Made by a program: the position numbers and the translations under genes. The notes under the pieces were generated by a model. That model saw nothing but the letters and a program-made list of their open reading frames with translations. It did no database searches and had not been told where the DNA came from. Positions 46,651-58,722 of a stretch of DNA of 64,000 nucleotides are shown here, in pieces (positions within the stretch are counted from its first letter, which is position 1; each line of letters starts with the position of its first letter). The DNA comes from an uncultured bacterium (GTDB lineage Bacteria > Hydrothermota > Tepidihabitantia > SM23-42 > CAYGYG01), in NCBI GenBank assembly GCA_964354155.1, contig CAYGYG010000009.1:6053-70052 (forward strand), read 5' to 3'.

Positions 46651-47406
46651 ATGAGACCATACTTCGATACAGCACTCCCTATCGTCGGCAGCCGCAGCCG
46701 GGTCGGCGCTGCCTACAACGGCAACCTGAGACGGGCTTTCTACAGCACCCACGCTCTGTTGTTCTTCGCTATTGTCCTGGCTTTCTCCTATGTCAGGTAC
46801 GAGCACTGGCGTGCTGAGGTGGCAGCCAATTCAGGGAATCGGCCCAAGCCACCCGTAATCATCATCGACCCGACTCGCCTTGGGCCGCCGCCCTCAATCA
46901 TCGGCGGGGATGGCGATCACGGTTTGGGTACGAACGGAGTGGGAAACAATCTCACCGCACCGGCGGTCGGAGTTCCCAGGCCGGTACCCGATGACCGTGC
47001 AATCCAGCTGACTTCGCCTACCCAGCAGGACATTGCCGGCACCGGTCTTTTCGACGGGAAGAACGGCGGCGTAGGCGACAGTGTCGTGGTTGCGGTGACG
47101 GACATTCCGCCGATCGATGCTTTTGTGCCCTTTGAGAAACCGCCTCAAATCATTGCCAAACCTTCGATAGAGTACCCTCCGATCTCAGTTGCACTGGATG
47201 AACAGGGAACGGCATATGTCAAGGCATTGGTTGACTTGGACGGTTCGATAATGAGGGTTGTTGTCGTCAGGAGCTCAGGTTCGGCCCGGCTCGATTCGGC
47301 GGCGGCGAACAATGTTGGCGGTTGGAAGATGAAGCCGGCAATCCAGAATGATAAGCCAGTCCGGGTCTGGGTTGCGTCGCCGATTACCTTTCGATTGGGC
47401 AAGTAG
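46651..47406 (+). CDS. tonB: Second TonB paralog (tandem duplicate)
   Basis: GGAGG RBS; LGPPPSI, PRPVPD and VKALVDLDGSIMRVVVVRSSG nearly identical to preceding TonB. Confidence 0.88.
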   Translation: MRPYFDTALPIVGSRSRVGAAYNGNLRRAFYSTHALLFFAIVLAFSYVRYEHWRAEVAANSGNRPKPPVIIIDPTRLGPPPSIIGGDGDHGLGTNGVGNNLTAPAVGVPRPVPDDRAIQLTSPTQQDIAGTGLFDGKNGGVGDSVVVAVTDIPPIDAFVPFEKPPQIIAKPSIEYPPISVALDEQGTAYVKALVDLDGSIMRVVVVRSSGSARLDSAAANNVGGWKMKPAIQNDKPVRVWVASPITFRLGK

Positions 47407-47457
47407 GAAGGCCGCTCATACCGCGGCGCGAGCCGGTATTAGTGAATGAGGGGGAGG

Positions 47458-47877
47458 TTATTTTTCGGGTCGGGCGCCGCGGCGCCGTCCGATCTTGATG
47501 CGGATCAATGCGCGCTGCAGGGATGCCATCGTCTCAGCGTGACTCGTCTTGTCGAATCGCCTCTCCTCAAGGAGCCGGCGGGCGCGTTCCCGCGCCTTCT
47601 CGGCCCGGGCCAGATCGATCTCTTCAGCCCGCTCGGCCGCATCCGCCAGGATCGTGGTCTTGGCGCCCGTAATCTGGACGAAACCACCGGCGATGGCCAT
47701 GAAGGTTATGTCCCGGCCCTTTTTGACTCTTATCTCGCCCGGGTCGATGATGGATACGAGCGGCACGTGTTGCGCGAGCACGGTTATCTCCCCCGACATC
47801 GTGGGGATGGTGACCGAGTCGATTTCGTCGGAATAGACGATCCGTTCCGGCGTGGCGATTTCTAAACGAAACTTCAT
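47458..47877 (-). CDS. atpC: ATP synthase F1 epsilon subunit
   Basis: LEIATPER, GEITVLAQHVP, ILADAAERAEEID. Confidence 0.95.
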   Translation of the reverse strand: MKFRLEIATPERIVYSDEIDSVTIPTMSGEITVLAQHVPLVSIIDPGEIRVKKGRDITFMAIAGGFVQITGAKTTILADAAERAEEIDLARAEKARERARRLLEERRFDKTSHAETMASLQRALIRIKIGRRRGARPEK

Positions 47878-47891
47878 GGCGCCGATCAGTG

Positions 47892-49328
<1,437 letters not shown>

Positions 49329-50183
49329 TCATACCTGTTCGATCACCGCCCGGGCGGTGCTGAGTTCGGTCAACTCTTTGGTAATATTCTCCTGGCGAAC
49401 TCGGTTGTACGACAAAACCAATTCGGAGATGAGGCCGGCGGCGTTGTCGGTCGCGTTCTTCATCGCGACCATCCGGGCGGCAAACTCGGACGCCTGCGCT
49501 TCGAGCATAGCCGCATAGAGCTCGTATTCAATAATCCGGGACAAGAGCGGCGCGATGACCTCCTGGGCCGATGGTTCATAGACGAATGAGGCGTGCATCT
49601 CCGGTTCGTGGCTGGCCTGCTTCAGCGGCAGTAACTCCAGCACTGAAGGCCGGCCGGTGAGGTTGGAGACAAACCGGCTGTAGACGATGGTTACCCGGTC
49701 AACCGCGGCCTTTTGGTATTCTTCGATCACCAGCCGGCCGATCGGCAAGGTCTGAATGAAAGGTACCGGGACCGGCAACCCGGCAAACTCGGCAATCACC
49801 TCGTAGCCGCGCCGCATCAGGAAGTCACGGCCTTTCTTGCCGACCGCGACAAACTGACAATGTGCTCGGTCGGTCACTTCCTCCAGGGCGCGATGGATTA
49901 CATTCATATTGAAGGCCCCGCAAAGACCGCGGTCCGAGGTCACCACGACAATCAGCGTGTTAGTGACTGGCCTTGACTGCAACAGGGGATGCAGTTCTGG
50001 TTCGGTCTTTGAAGAGACATCGAGCAGAAGCTTCCAGGCGAGAGCCGCGTAGGGACGGGATGCAAAGAGCGCGGCGGTTGCTTTGCGCATGCGGGCCGCC
50101 GACACCATTTCCATTGTCCCGGTGATCTTCCGGATGCTGGTGACGGAACGGATGTGGTTTCTGATGTCGCGGACCGATGCCAT
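49329..50183 (-). CDS. atpG: ATP synthase F1 gamma subunit
   Basis: KITGTMEMVSAA, SDRGLCGAFN, ARMVAMKNATDNA, RQENIT. Confidence 0.97.
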   Translation of the reverse strand: MASVRDIRNHIRSVTSIRKITGTMEMVSAARMRKATAALFASRPYAALAWKLLLDVSSKTEPELHPLLQSRPVTNTLIVVVTSDRGLCGAFNMNVIHRALEEVTDRAHCQFVAVGKKGRDFLMRRGYEVIAEFAGLPVPVPFIQTLPIGRLVIEEYQKAAVDRVTIVYSRFVSNLTGRPSVLELLPLKQASHEPEMHASFVYEPSAQEVIAPLLSRIIEYELYAAMLEAQASEFAARMVAMKNATDNAAGLISELVLSYNRVRQENITKELTELSTARAVIEQV

Positions 50184-51697
50184 TAGCGTTTGCCCGAAAT
50201 GGTTTTGAATTCCTGGATGGCCTGTTTGAGCCCTTCTTCATTTTCGGCCGTCAGCTCATTGGACTGTTTGATATTGGCACCGATCTGCGGGTGCATCGAA
50301 TCCATGAACTTGAGGAAGTCGGCTTCGAAACTTGTTACTGCCTCGGCCGGAATGTCATCGATCAGGCCTGAAATGCCGACGAAGATTATCATGACCTGTT
50401 TCTCGACGGCCAGGGGTACATACTGGCCCTGTTTCAGGATCTCGGTCATCACCTTGCCGCGTGTCAGCTGCTGGCGCGTCGCGGCATCAAGGTCGCTGCC
50501 GAATTCGGCAAATGCCGCCATCTCTCGGTATTGGGCCAGGTCAAGACGTAACTTGGCGGCGACTTTCTTCATCGCGCGGACCTGGGCTGCCGAACCCACC
50601 CGGGATACGGAAAGACCAACATTGATTGCCGGACGGATACCCTGATAGAAGAGTTCTGGTTCGAGATAAATCTGTCCATCCGTGATCGAAACCACGTTGG
50701 TGGGTATATAGGCGGTGAAGTCGCCGGCCTGGGTCTCGATGATCGGCAGGGCGGTCAACGAACCGCCGCCATGTTCCTTGTTCAGCTTGGCCGCCCGCTC
50801 GAGCAACCGGGCATGGAGATAAAAAATATCCCCCGGGTAGGCCTCGCGGCCCGGTGGTCGCCGAAGAATAAGCGAGATCTGGCGGTAGGCCCAGGCATGT
50901 TTGGAGAGGTCGTCATAGATGACGAGCGCATCCTTGCCCTGATCCATGAAATACTCACCCATCGAGCAACCGGCGTACGGCGCAATATACCAAAGGGATG
51001 CGGGGTCGGATGATCCGGCGTTCACCACGATGGTGTGGTCCATCGCACCGTGTTTCTCCAATTCGCCGACAATGCGGGCCACCTTGGATTCTTTCTGGCC
51101 GATGGAAACATAGATGCAGAAAACCCCTTCGTTCTTCTGGTTGATGATCGCGTCGATGGCGATGGCGCTCTTGCCGGTCTGGCGGTCTCCAATGATCAGC
51201 TCCCGTTGACCGCGGCCGATCGGAATCATACTATCAATCGCCTTGATGCCGGTCTGGATCGGCCGGTTGACCGGCTCCCGCAGGATGACCCGCGGGGCGA
51301 TTTTCTCAATCGGGTAGTGCTGTTCCGGCCGGACCGGTCCTTTCCCGTCGATTGGCTCACCCAAGGGATTGATGACCCGGCCGAGCAAGCTCTCACCGAC
51401 GCCGACTTGGAGTATTCGGCCGGTGCCGCGTACCAGGTCACCTTCCTTGATTTCTTCATAGTTGCCCAACACGACGGCCCCGATCCGGTCTTCAAGCAGA
51501 TTGAGCGCGACACCGAAGACCCCGTTAGGAAATTCAAGCATTTCCGAAGCGAAACAGTCGCCCAGGCCGTGGATCTGGGCCACGCCGTCAGCCAGTTCAA
51601 TGACGGTACCGATGTGCTCGACCGATACTTTTTCTTCGAACCCGACAATGTCCTTCTTGAGTTCAGCTAGAAGCTTTGCCTTCTGGTCCTGGTTCAT
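50183..51697 (-). CDS. atpA: ATP synthase F1 alpha subunit
   Basis: [27 protein letters not shown]; start after AAGGAG. Confidence 0.98.
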   Translation of the reverse strand: MNQDQKAKLLAELKKDIVGFEEKVSVEHIGTVIELADGVAQIHGLGDCFASEMLEFPNGVFGVALNLLEDRIGAVVLGNYEEIKEGDLVRGTGRILQVGVGESLLGRVINPLGEPIDGKGPVRPEQHYPIEKIAPRVILREPVNRPIQTGIKAIDSMIPIGRGQRELIIGDRQTGKSAIAIDAIINQKNEGVFCIYVSIGQKESKVARIVGELEKHGAMDHTIVVNAGSSDPASLWYIAPYAGCSMGEYFMDQGKDALVIYDDLSKHAWAYRQISLILRRPPGREAYPGDIFYLHARLLERAAKLNKEHGGGSLTALPIIETQAGDFTAYIPTNVVSITDGQIYLEPELFYQGIRPAINVGLSVSRVGSAAQVRAMKKVAAKLRLDLAQYREMAAFAEFGSDLDAATRQQLTRGKVMTEILKQGQYVPLAVEKQVMIIFVGISGLIDDIPAEAVTSFEADFLKFMDSMHPQIGANIKQSNELTAENEEGLKQAIQEFKTISGKR

Positions 51698-51739
51698 CCC
51701 GTAGCGACTCCTTGGCAATCGAACACTATTCCGCCTCCT

Positions 51740-52219
51740 TCATCCTCGTCTCAGCTGTTTAATCAGATTGTTGAGTTTGCTGACCACGCTGGCATCGATC
51801 ATGACGTCACCGGCTTTGATGACAATGCCTCCGATAATGGCGGGATCAACGACATTCCGAATCGTCAAGCGCCGTCCCAGTTTTGCGGCGAACCGTTCGG
51901 CAATCACCGCCTTCTCATCGGGGGCTAGAGGCGCGGCGGTTTTTACCTCAAATTCCAGGATACCGGTCTGCTCGCGAGTGCGCTTGTAGTTTCGCAGGAT
52001 GTCGGTCAGGCTGCTCATCGCGCTGCTGCGGAGGAGAAGGAAGATGAAGTCGTAGGCCGCCGGCGCAATGTAGTCCTTAAAAAGGTCCTGGACGGTCCGG
52101 ACCTTTTCTTCAAAGTTGATACGCGGGTTGTCAAGGTAGCCGCGCAGCTTAAGCGACGAATGGAGCGAAGACTCGACTAGTTCAAGATCAGCCAAGATAC
52201 TCTCCAATTGCTGTGCCAT
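51740..52219 (-). CDS. atpH: ATP synthase F1 delta subunit (N-terminally short)
   Basis: LDNPRI...EK, VDPAIIGGIVIKAGDVMIDASV; operon position. Confidence 0.9.
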   Translation of the reverse strand: MAQQLESILADLELVESSLHSSLKLRGYLDNPRINFEEKVRTVQDLFKDYIAPAAYDFIFLLLRSSAMSSLTDILRNYKRTREQTGILEFEVKTAAPLAPDEKAVIAERFAAKLGRRLTIRNVVDPAIIGGIVIKAGDVMIDASVVSKLNNLIKQLRRG

Positions 52220-52220
52220 G

Positions 52221-52745
52221 CTATCCTTTCCGGCTTATCGACTCAAGTTCTTTCTCGACTTCTTTTACCGCGCTGTCCAGGAGGCTCTTTCTGGTTTTTT
52301 CATCAACCTGTTTGCGAACCACCGCAATCGAAAGCTGAACCACCATTTCGCCGACTTCCTTCTTGACTTCATTCATGATATTCTTCTTTTCCCGGCCGAT
52401 TTCCTGCATTGCCCGCTCGACGATTTTCTTCGACTCCTCATTGGCGAGCTCGACGATCTTCTTTTTCTCCTGGTCGCCCAGTTTTGTTGCCTGGTCAATG
52501 ATGCGGTGGGACTCGCGCTTGGCTTCTTCGATCAGCTGGCGCTGTCTTTCTTCAGACTCGGCGGCCTGCCGCTTCAAATCCTCGGCGGTCTTAAGCCCTT
52601 CTTCAATCTTAGACGAGCGTTCCTTGAATAGTTTGAGCAGGGGCTTGTAGAGAAAGCGGTTGAGGAGCCAGAGCAGTATCAGAAAGTTGACGATCTGAGC
52701 GATGAGAAGCAGAGGGTGGATTCCGAGCTTGCCCAGGGCTTCCAT
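52221..52745 (-). CDS. atpF: ATP synthase Fo b subunit
   Basis: AQIVNFLILLWLL...YKPL...ER..KI; coiled coil. Confidence 0.95.
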   Translation of the reverse strand: MEALGKLGIHPLLLIAQIVNFLILLWLLNRFLYKPLLKLFKERSSKIEEGLKTAEDLKRQAAESEERQRQLIEEAKRESHRIIDQATKLGDQEKKKIVELANEESKKIVERAMQEIGREKKNIMNEVKKEVGEMVVQLSIAVVRKQVDEKTRKSLLDSAVKEVEKELESISRKG

Positions 52746-52747
52746 GG

Positions 52748-53103
<356 letters not shown>

Positions 53104-53104
53104 A

Positions 53105-53845
53105 CTAATGCTCTTCACGCATTGTCGCGATCTTGATGAAGAAGAGGGTGAGCAGGGCAAAGACGAGGGCCTGGATGAAGCCAACGAAGATCTCGAGCAC
53201 CAGGAAGGGGAGAGGTATCACGAAGGGAAGCAGGGTGAGCATCACCAGGAGCAGAACTTCACCGGCAAAGATATTGCCGAAGAGACGGAACGAAAACGAG
53301 ATTATTTTGGCCAGCTCGGCGATTAGCTCAAGGATTCCAACAAAGAACATGATCGGGCTCTTGAGTTTGATGAATCGTCCGATATAACCCTTAAGACCCA
53401 GATACTTAATGCTGTAGACCTGGGTCAAGGATACTGAAATGAGGGCGAGGGCGATCGTCGTGTTGAGGTCGGCCGACGCGCCCCGCAGCAGCGGGGTGAA
53501 GGAACGGTGCTCACCCTCGGTGTGGAAGAACCCGATTGAGCCGAAACCGGGGAGCAGTCCAAGCCAGTTGACAATCAACACGAAAAGGAATATCGTCATC
53601 ACCAGCGGGAAAAACCGGCGGCCTTTTTCCTCATCTTCAACCGCGTCACATACCGTACGATAGAGAGTCTCCAGCGCATACTCAACCACGTTCTGAATCC
53701 CTATCGGAACAACGCGTTTCGTGAGCCGGACCATAACGACGAGAACGCCGAACAGCAAAAGGGTAAACCAGGTTACCAGGAGCGAATTCGTGATCGGCAG
53801 TGGGCCTAGCTGGAATAGCTTCTCCGCGGCTATCGAAATGTGCAT
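53105..53845 (-). CDS. atpB: ATP synthase Fo a subunit
   Basis: NWLGLLPG, SFRLFGNIFAGE, EIFVGFIQALVF; leaderless after TTGACT-N16-TAAAAT (53852-53879). Confidence 0.96.
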   Translation of the reverse strand: MHISIAAEKLFQLGPLPITNSLLVTWFTLLLFGVLVVMVRLTKRVVPIGIQNVVEYALETLYRTVCDAVEDEEKGRRFFPLVMTIFLFVLIVNWLGLLPGFGSIGFFHTEGEHRSFTPLLRGASADLNTTIALALISVSLTQVYSIKYLGLKGYIGRFIKLKSPIMFFVGILELIAELAKIISFSFRLFGNIFAGEVLLLVMLTLLPFVIPLPFLVLEIFVGFIQALVFALLTLFFIKIATMREEH

Positions 53846-53921
53846 CGGCCAATTTTATCCGTCAGGGATCGAAAGTCAACAGCGTTCTAAGTAAAATGGC
53901 TGTCCCCGAAGGGGTCGGGGG

Positions 53922-54446
53922 TTATTGTTGCATTACTCGAGGTAGGGTGTCGACGAGTGCCTTGGCCAGAGCTGTGATGGCTTTCTTCACCGGGGGTGAA
54001 ATGGGCTTACCCCACTCCAGGGACTTGGGCTCAACGCCAATGAGCACTACCTCAGCCCCGACGCTTTCCCGGAGATACTGGACAAGAAGAGAAAGCGGTA
54101 CCTGATGGGTCGAGACACTTTCATTCTTAATTCTCTTGTCGTCCATCAACAGGATGGTGCCGGGCTTCTGTTTCGCCAAGGCTGCATCGATGATGATGAC
54201 ATGAGTGGGCTTTAGGGCACGGATCTTGCCGGTGTAGTTCTCAGGGACCTCGCCGCCGACAATGACTTTGATGTTGTCATGGGGATTCTCGAGCAGTTCG
54301 TGGAACAGGAGTTCAGCACACATCGCCCCGAGTCCGTCATCGGCCTTCATCGGGTTACCGACTCCGACGATGACGACACGGCGGGCGCCTTTGACCCGCT
54401 TCGAGAAGTTCTTTGGTAACGTCGGTTTCTTCTGTTTCCGTGTCAT
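53922..54446 (-). CDS. hycI: Hydrogenase maturation endopeptidase (HycI-like)
   Basis: VGVGNPMKADDGLG, GEVPENY, IIIDAA, STHQVPL. Confidence 0.88.
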   Translation of the reverse strand: MTRKQKKPTLPKNFSKRVKGARRVVIVGVGNPMKADDGLGAMCAELLFHELLENPHDNIKVIVGGEVPENYTGKIRALKPTHVIIIDAALAKQKPGTILLMDDKRIKNESVSTHQVPLSLLVQYLRESVGAEVVLIGVEPKSLEWGKPISPPVKKAITALAKALVDTLPRVMQQ

Positions 54447-54538
54447 AGCTGCTGGCGCCGTGAGGGGCGCAATATGATCCGTTACTATTATACCCATAAC
54501 CGCGCGCAAGACAAGGTAAATCGAGCTTCCCAAAGCGG

Positions 54539-54566
54539 TTGACATTCGCGGGGAAATCGGTAGAAT
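54539..54566 (+). promoter_or_regulatory. sigma70-type promoter
   Basis: TTGACA-N16-TAGAAT. Confidence 0.65.
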
Positions 54567-54586
54567 AGTCGACAAGGATTCCTGAG

Positions 54587-54793
54587 ATGACCGGTTTTAT
54601 CCTCTGGCTGATACTACTTGTGCTTTGTTGGCCGCTGGCGCTTATGGCACTGGTGGTCTATCCGATTGTCTGGCTCATCTTGCTGCCTTTTCGCCTCATC
54701 GGCATAACGGTAGAGGCAGTGCTAGCTTTGTTTCGGGCCATCATTCTTCTGCCGGTACGGGTTCTGCGCGGTCCGGCGCGCCACAACTTCTGA
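54587..54793 (+). CDS. Small hydrophobic membrane protein
   Basis: CWPLALMALVVYPIVWLILLPFRLIGI pattern; promoter upstream. Confidence 0.7.
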   Translation: MTGFILWLILLVLCWPLALMALVVYPIVWLILLPFRLIGITVEAVLALFRAIILLPVRVLRGPARHNF

Positions 54794-54803
54794 TCGAACC
54801 TGA

Positions 54804-55214
54804 ATGCTGTACGAAATCAGCATATCAACCAGCCGAGCCGAGGATTTGATTGAGATTACCGGCAGCGTGGATAAGATCGTCAGCGAGTCGAGGGTGGCCA
54901 ACGGCATGGTGCATGTGTTCGTGCCGCATGCCACCGCCGGCATTATTCTCAATGAGAGCGACGACCCTAATATCAGGACTGACTTCCTTAATGCCATAGA
55001 GAAGGCGGTACCGAAGCGAGCCGCGTACTTGCACGACCGGATCGATCGCAATGCGGCCGCCCATATCCGAAGCGCCCTGGTTGGCTCCAGTGTCTTCATC
55101 CCCATCCAGAACGGACGGCTGGTTCTCGGCACCTGGCAGACGATAATGTTCTGCGAATTCGACGGCCCCAGACAATCGCGCCGAATCGTTGTCCAGATAA
55201 TCGAGACCAAGTAG
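54804..55214 (+). CDS. yjbQ: YjbQ/UPF0047 family protein
   Basis: HATAGIILNE, NAAAHIRS, LGTWQ...EFDGPR. Confidence 0.92.
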   Translation: MLYEISISTSRAEDLIEITGSVDKIVSESRVANGMVHVFVPHATAGIILNESDDPNIRTDFLNAIEKAVPKRAAYLHDRIDRNAAAHIRSALVGSSVFIPIQNGRLVLGTWQTIMFCEFDGPRQSRRIVVQIIETK

Positions 55215-55325
55215 GCCGGATTTACTGAATCATCAGTTTCGCCGTGGTCGCCCTGCAGTTTGACACGGTTCTCTCGGGGCTCGCCGGGCGATAATTCGAT
55301 TTCGATGGGCGTGCGGAGCGGCGCG

Positions 55326-56849
55326 CTACTCCAGACTGCCGATTATCTTTTCCACTTCTTCCAGTATTTCACATGACTTAACCAGCTCTTTCATCCGGGT
55401 GTGGTCCGGATACAGCGGCCGGTCAATCTCGAGGTGGCTGATGTGATTGCGGACAATACTCTTGGCGGTCTGCACGCCATGGCCGGGAGTGAGGGGTCGG
55501 AAGTCCAACGCCTGGGAGGCGGCCATGAATTCGATGCCGAGCACGCCGTATGCGTTGTCAAGAATTTGTGCGTTTTTGAGGGCGGTATTCATTCCCATCG
55601 AAACGAAATCTTCCTGATCCGCGGCGGCCGGAATGGATTGGATTGACGCCGGCATGGAAAGGATGCGCTGTTCGGCGATCAGCGTGTCAGCCGTGTACTG
55701 ACTCAGCATCATGCCCGAGAACATTCCCGCGCCCTTGGTCAGGAATTCAGGCAGGCCGACGCTAAGGGCCGGATTGAGCAAGCGATTGAGACGGCGCTCC
55801 GAGAGAACACAGACCATTGTTACCGCCGCGCCGACCATGTCCATCGGCAGGGAAATCGGGCTGCCCTGAAAATTGGCCCCGGTGAGTGTGAGCCGGTGCT
55901 CGGGCAAGAATATCGGGTTGTCGGCAACCGCATTGAGTTCGGTTTCAATCTGCTTCCTGGCCCATGCCACCGCGTCGTGCGCCGCGCCGATGACCTGGGG
56001 CGAGGAGCGCATCGAATAGGCATCCTGAACCTTGGTCTTAATCTTGCCGGTCAAAAGGTCGCTGCCCCCGATGCATTTCATGATTGCCTGGGCCGACCGG
56101 ATTGCCCCGGGGAACCCGCGCTGCTGATGCAGTCTCACGTCGTAAGGCTTCATGTTGGCGTAGAGGGCTTCCAGGGTCATGGCGCAGGCGATCTCCGACT
56201 GTTTGAGCCACCGGTTGATGTCGTAAATCTGGATGGCGCTCATCGCGGCGGTAAGATTAGAACCGTTGATGGTGGCCAGGCCGTCCCGCGCCTGCAGACC
56301 GGGTACCTGAATGCCGGCCCGGTCCAACGCTGCCTTGCCGGGCAGGCGGTTACCTTCGTAATAGGCCTCGCCTTCACCCAGCATCAGCAGGGCGATTTGC
56401 GACATCGGGGCGAGGTCGCCGCAGGCGCCGACCGAACCTTTCTGGCAGACGACCGGAGTAACACCTTTGTTGAGCATCTCGACCAAGGTCATTGTAATCT
56501 CGGGTCGGCAGCCGGACTTACCGCGGGCATGGACATTGATCCGGCTGGCCATAGCGCCCCGGACATACTCAATAGGGGCCGGGTCGCCAATACCGGCGGC
56601 GTGGTTGTAGACCAGATAGCGCTGGAATTGCTGAACTTGCTCGTCGGAGAGAACGACTTCGGAGAACTCGCCAATGCCGGTGTTGACGCCGTACATTATT
56701 TCGCGGCCCTTGAGCTTGTCTTCCAGCATGGCCCGGCATTTTCTGATCTCTTCAACGCACCCGGACGGGACTTCGACCTTCTCGCCCAACCGGGCAATCC
56801 CAACCAGTTTCTCGATGGTCAGGCTCTTACCATCTAAACTTACGGCCAT
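55326..56849 (-). CDS. hutH: MIO-dependent aromatic amino acid ammonia-lyase (histidine ammonia-lyase family)
   Basis: MYGVNTGIG, GSVGACGDLAP, QDAYSMR, DNP, ANFQG, QEDFVSMG. Confidence 0.85.
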   Translation of the reverse strand: MAVSLDGKSLTIEKLVGIARLGEKVEVPSGCVEEIRKCRAMLEDKLKGREIMYGVNTGIGEFSEVVLSDEQVQQFQRYLVYNHAAGIGDPAPIEYVRGAMASRINVHARGKSGCRPEITMTLVEMLNKGVTPVVCQKGSVGACGDLAPMSQIALLMLGEGEAYYEGNRLPGKAALDRAGIQVPGLQARDGLATINGSNLTAAMSAIQIYDINRWLKQSEIACAMTLEALYANMKPYDVRLHQQRGFPGAIRSAQAIMKCIGGSDLLTGKIKTKVQDAYSMRSSPQVIGAAHDAVAWARKQIETELNAVADNPIFLPEHRLTLTGANFQGSPISLPMDMVGAAVTMVCVLSERRLNRLLNPALSVGLPEFLTKGAGMFSGMMLSQYTADTLIAEQRILSMPASIQSIPAAADQEDFVSMGMNTALKNAQILDNAYGVLGIEFMAASQALDFRPLTPGHGVQTAKSIVRNHISHLEIDRPLYPDHTRMKELVKSCEILEEVEKIIGSLE

Positions 56850-56875
56850 ATGCTATCCATTTTGGGAGGTGGTTA

Positions 56876-56903
56876 ATTGTATCCAGGAATGCGGACAAGT
56901 CAA
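56876..56903 (-). promoter_or_regulatory. sigma70-type promoter
   Basis: TTGACT-N16-TACAAT. Confidence 0.6.
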
Positions 56904-56906
56904 GCT

Positions 56907-57749
56907 TCAATCGTATGGGCTGTAATCGGGAAGCCCCAATTCCGCGGCAAGCCGAGCCGGCGTGTACCCCTCTTTACGGACTCGCAGATCGAAATAGAGA
57001 ATCAGTGATCCGATTAGCTGCACCGGCCGGACGAGCGGGGTCACGAAAAGACCCAGAACCGGAATGTAACCGGCGAATACGCTGGCGCCGCCGACGACTA
57101 GACTAATGACGATACCGATGCCGAAGACCCGCCAGAAACTGCCTTTGACAAGCTGCGCGCTGCGGGAGAGTGACTTTGTGGCGCCGAGGTTCTCAATCAC
57201 TATGATCGGCAGGGCAAGGGACCAGACGGTGAGGAAGTAGACGGCGAATGCAACACCCAGGATGGTTATGATCAGCCCGAAAGCGGCAAGCCCGATCAGA
57301 AGCCCGGCACCGAGGATGCGCCAGAACCGTCGGCCGGCCACCCGGTAGGCATCCATGATTTTAGGGAGGGGTAGTCCCAATGCATGGTACGCGGACGCAT
57401 AGACGATTGCACCATCAGCCAGAATCATCCCGACGCTGGTGATTATCATCAGGAAGAAGAAGATAGGCACCAGGATGAGCAGCAGGTACAAGTTGGGCGT
57501 AAATCCATTCCGGACTGACAGAATACCGAAAGTGTAGATCAAGACGTACGCGGCAGTAAGAAGAAAAGAGAGGACGAAGTACGGGATATAACCAAGGGCA
57601 ACGATGCCGAGGATGCGTCCGAAGTTTTTGAAATAGTACTGGAGAAGGTCGTTGATGATTTCACTTATGTCCTTGGGTCTCAGGAACTCTGGTGATGCTG
57701 TCGCTCCCTGCGTACTGGTCATTGTCTCGCGGTTCATTTCATCTGGCAA
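56907..57749 (-). CDS. Integral membrane protein (GDPD membrane-domain-like)
   Basis: Multiple TM helices; LRP...EI, SLSRSAQLVKGSFWRVFG, LYFDLRVRKEG; start uncertain. Confidence 0.75.
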   Translation of the reverse strand: MPDEMNRETMTSTQGATASPEFLRPKDISEIINDLLQYYFKNFGRILGIVALGYIPYFVLSFLLTAAYVLIYTFGILSVRNGFTPNLYLLLILVPIFFFLMIITSVGMILADGAIVYASAYHALGLPLPKIMDAYRVAGRRFWRILGAGLLIGLAAFGLIITILGVAFAVYFLTVWSLALPIIVIENLGATKSLSRSAQLVKGSFWRVFGIGIVISLVVGGASVFAGYIPVLGLFVTPLVRPVQLIGSLILYFDLRVRKEGYTPARLAAELGLPDYSPYD

Positions 57750-57919
57750 TCACGGAAGGCAAACGGTTGGCGAGAGGGTCTTCCATGGAGTATTATCCCT
57801 GTTTCCCGCGTCCTTGTCAAATGAATTATGTGCGGGCGCTGGAAGAGCATTCATCGCTTTCGCCCCTGATCGATGTCTTGAAGGACTCATTACTCTCCGG
57901 TTGCCCGGCGCGCGATGCT

Positions 57920-58459
57920 TCAGTTCATGGCATTTCGAATCGGTGTGCTTCTGAGATGCCTGATGACGACGATCATCGAAATAATGGTGGCGGCGAGCAG
58001 GACGATCCCGGCAATCAGACTGAAAGGGCCGTAAAGACCGATAGCGCTGCTGGTCGGTTGAGGAAACTTGACGCCGGCGAACAGCGCTGACCAGATAAAG
58101 GGCCAGACAATAGCCTGGAGCCCAGTATAGAATAGGCCGACCCAGGAGACGACCTCCAATGCCAGCCGGGCCCAGGCCTTGAGGCGTAAGAAGGATATTG
58201 CCACGGCGAGCAGGAGAACGGCCAGGCCGATGTGGAGTATGGTCACCAGCTGGAATGCTTCGGAGTTGTTGAAAATCACCGTCAGCACCGGGGGAAACTC
58301 TTCAGGCGGAACGTAGAGATCAGTATTCACCGCGCGTTGAAGCCATCTTAACCCGACAATCGACACGCTGCCGTAAAGAATAATGAGTATTGCCGGGGAT
58401 AGGAACGACAAACCGATAATTGTAATCGCGGCGGGTCGCTTCGCGGTGTGCTCGGCCAT
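57920..58459 (-). CDS. Hypothetical membrane protein
   Basis: KRPAAITII, FLRLKAWAR; four TM helices; promoter TTGACT-N16-TATAAT at 58475-58502. Confidence 0.7.
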   Translation of the reverse strand: MAEHTAKRPAAITIIGLSFLSPAILIILYGSVSIVGLRWLQRAVNTDLYVPPEEFPPVLTVIFNNSEAFQLVTILHIGLAVLLLAVAISFLRLKAWARLALEVVSWVGLFYTGLQAIVWPFIWSALFAGVKFPQPTSSAIGLYGPFSLIAGIVLLAATIISMIVVIRHLRSTPIRNAMN

Positions 58460-58550
58460 AGAATCCGTGCCCGCATTATAGCCTGCCATCGGCTCAAGTC
58501 AACAAGATTATCGGGCGGCCAACTAATCAGGGTAGAGATACTTAAGCAAT

Positions 58551-58574
58551 TGTACAATTGTACAAGTGTACAAG
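58551..58574. repeat. Three tandem 8-nt TGTACAA(T/G) units
   Basis: TGTACAAT TGTACAAG TGTACAAG in an intergenic region. Confidence 0.5.
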
Positions 58575-58722
58575 TATTGCTTGGGTGGGAGCGGCATCAG
58601 CGGATTACGATGGTTTTGCGAACGGGAGTGTTTCCAGAGACAATCGAGACCAGGGATCGGCAAGACGGCAGGTACTCGATGCGCGACGGGGACGGCCGAG
58701 AATCATGGGGCGGTAAAGGCGG

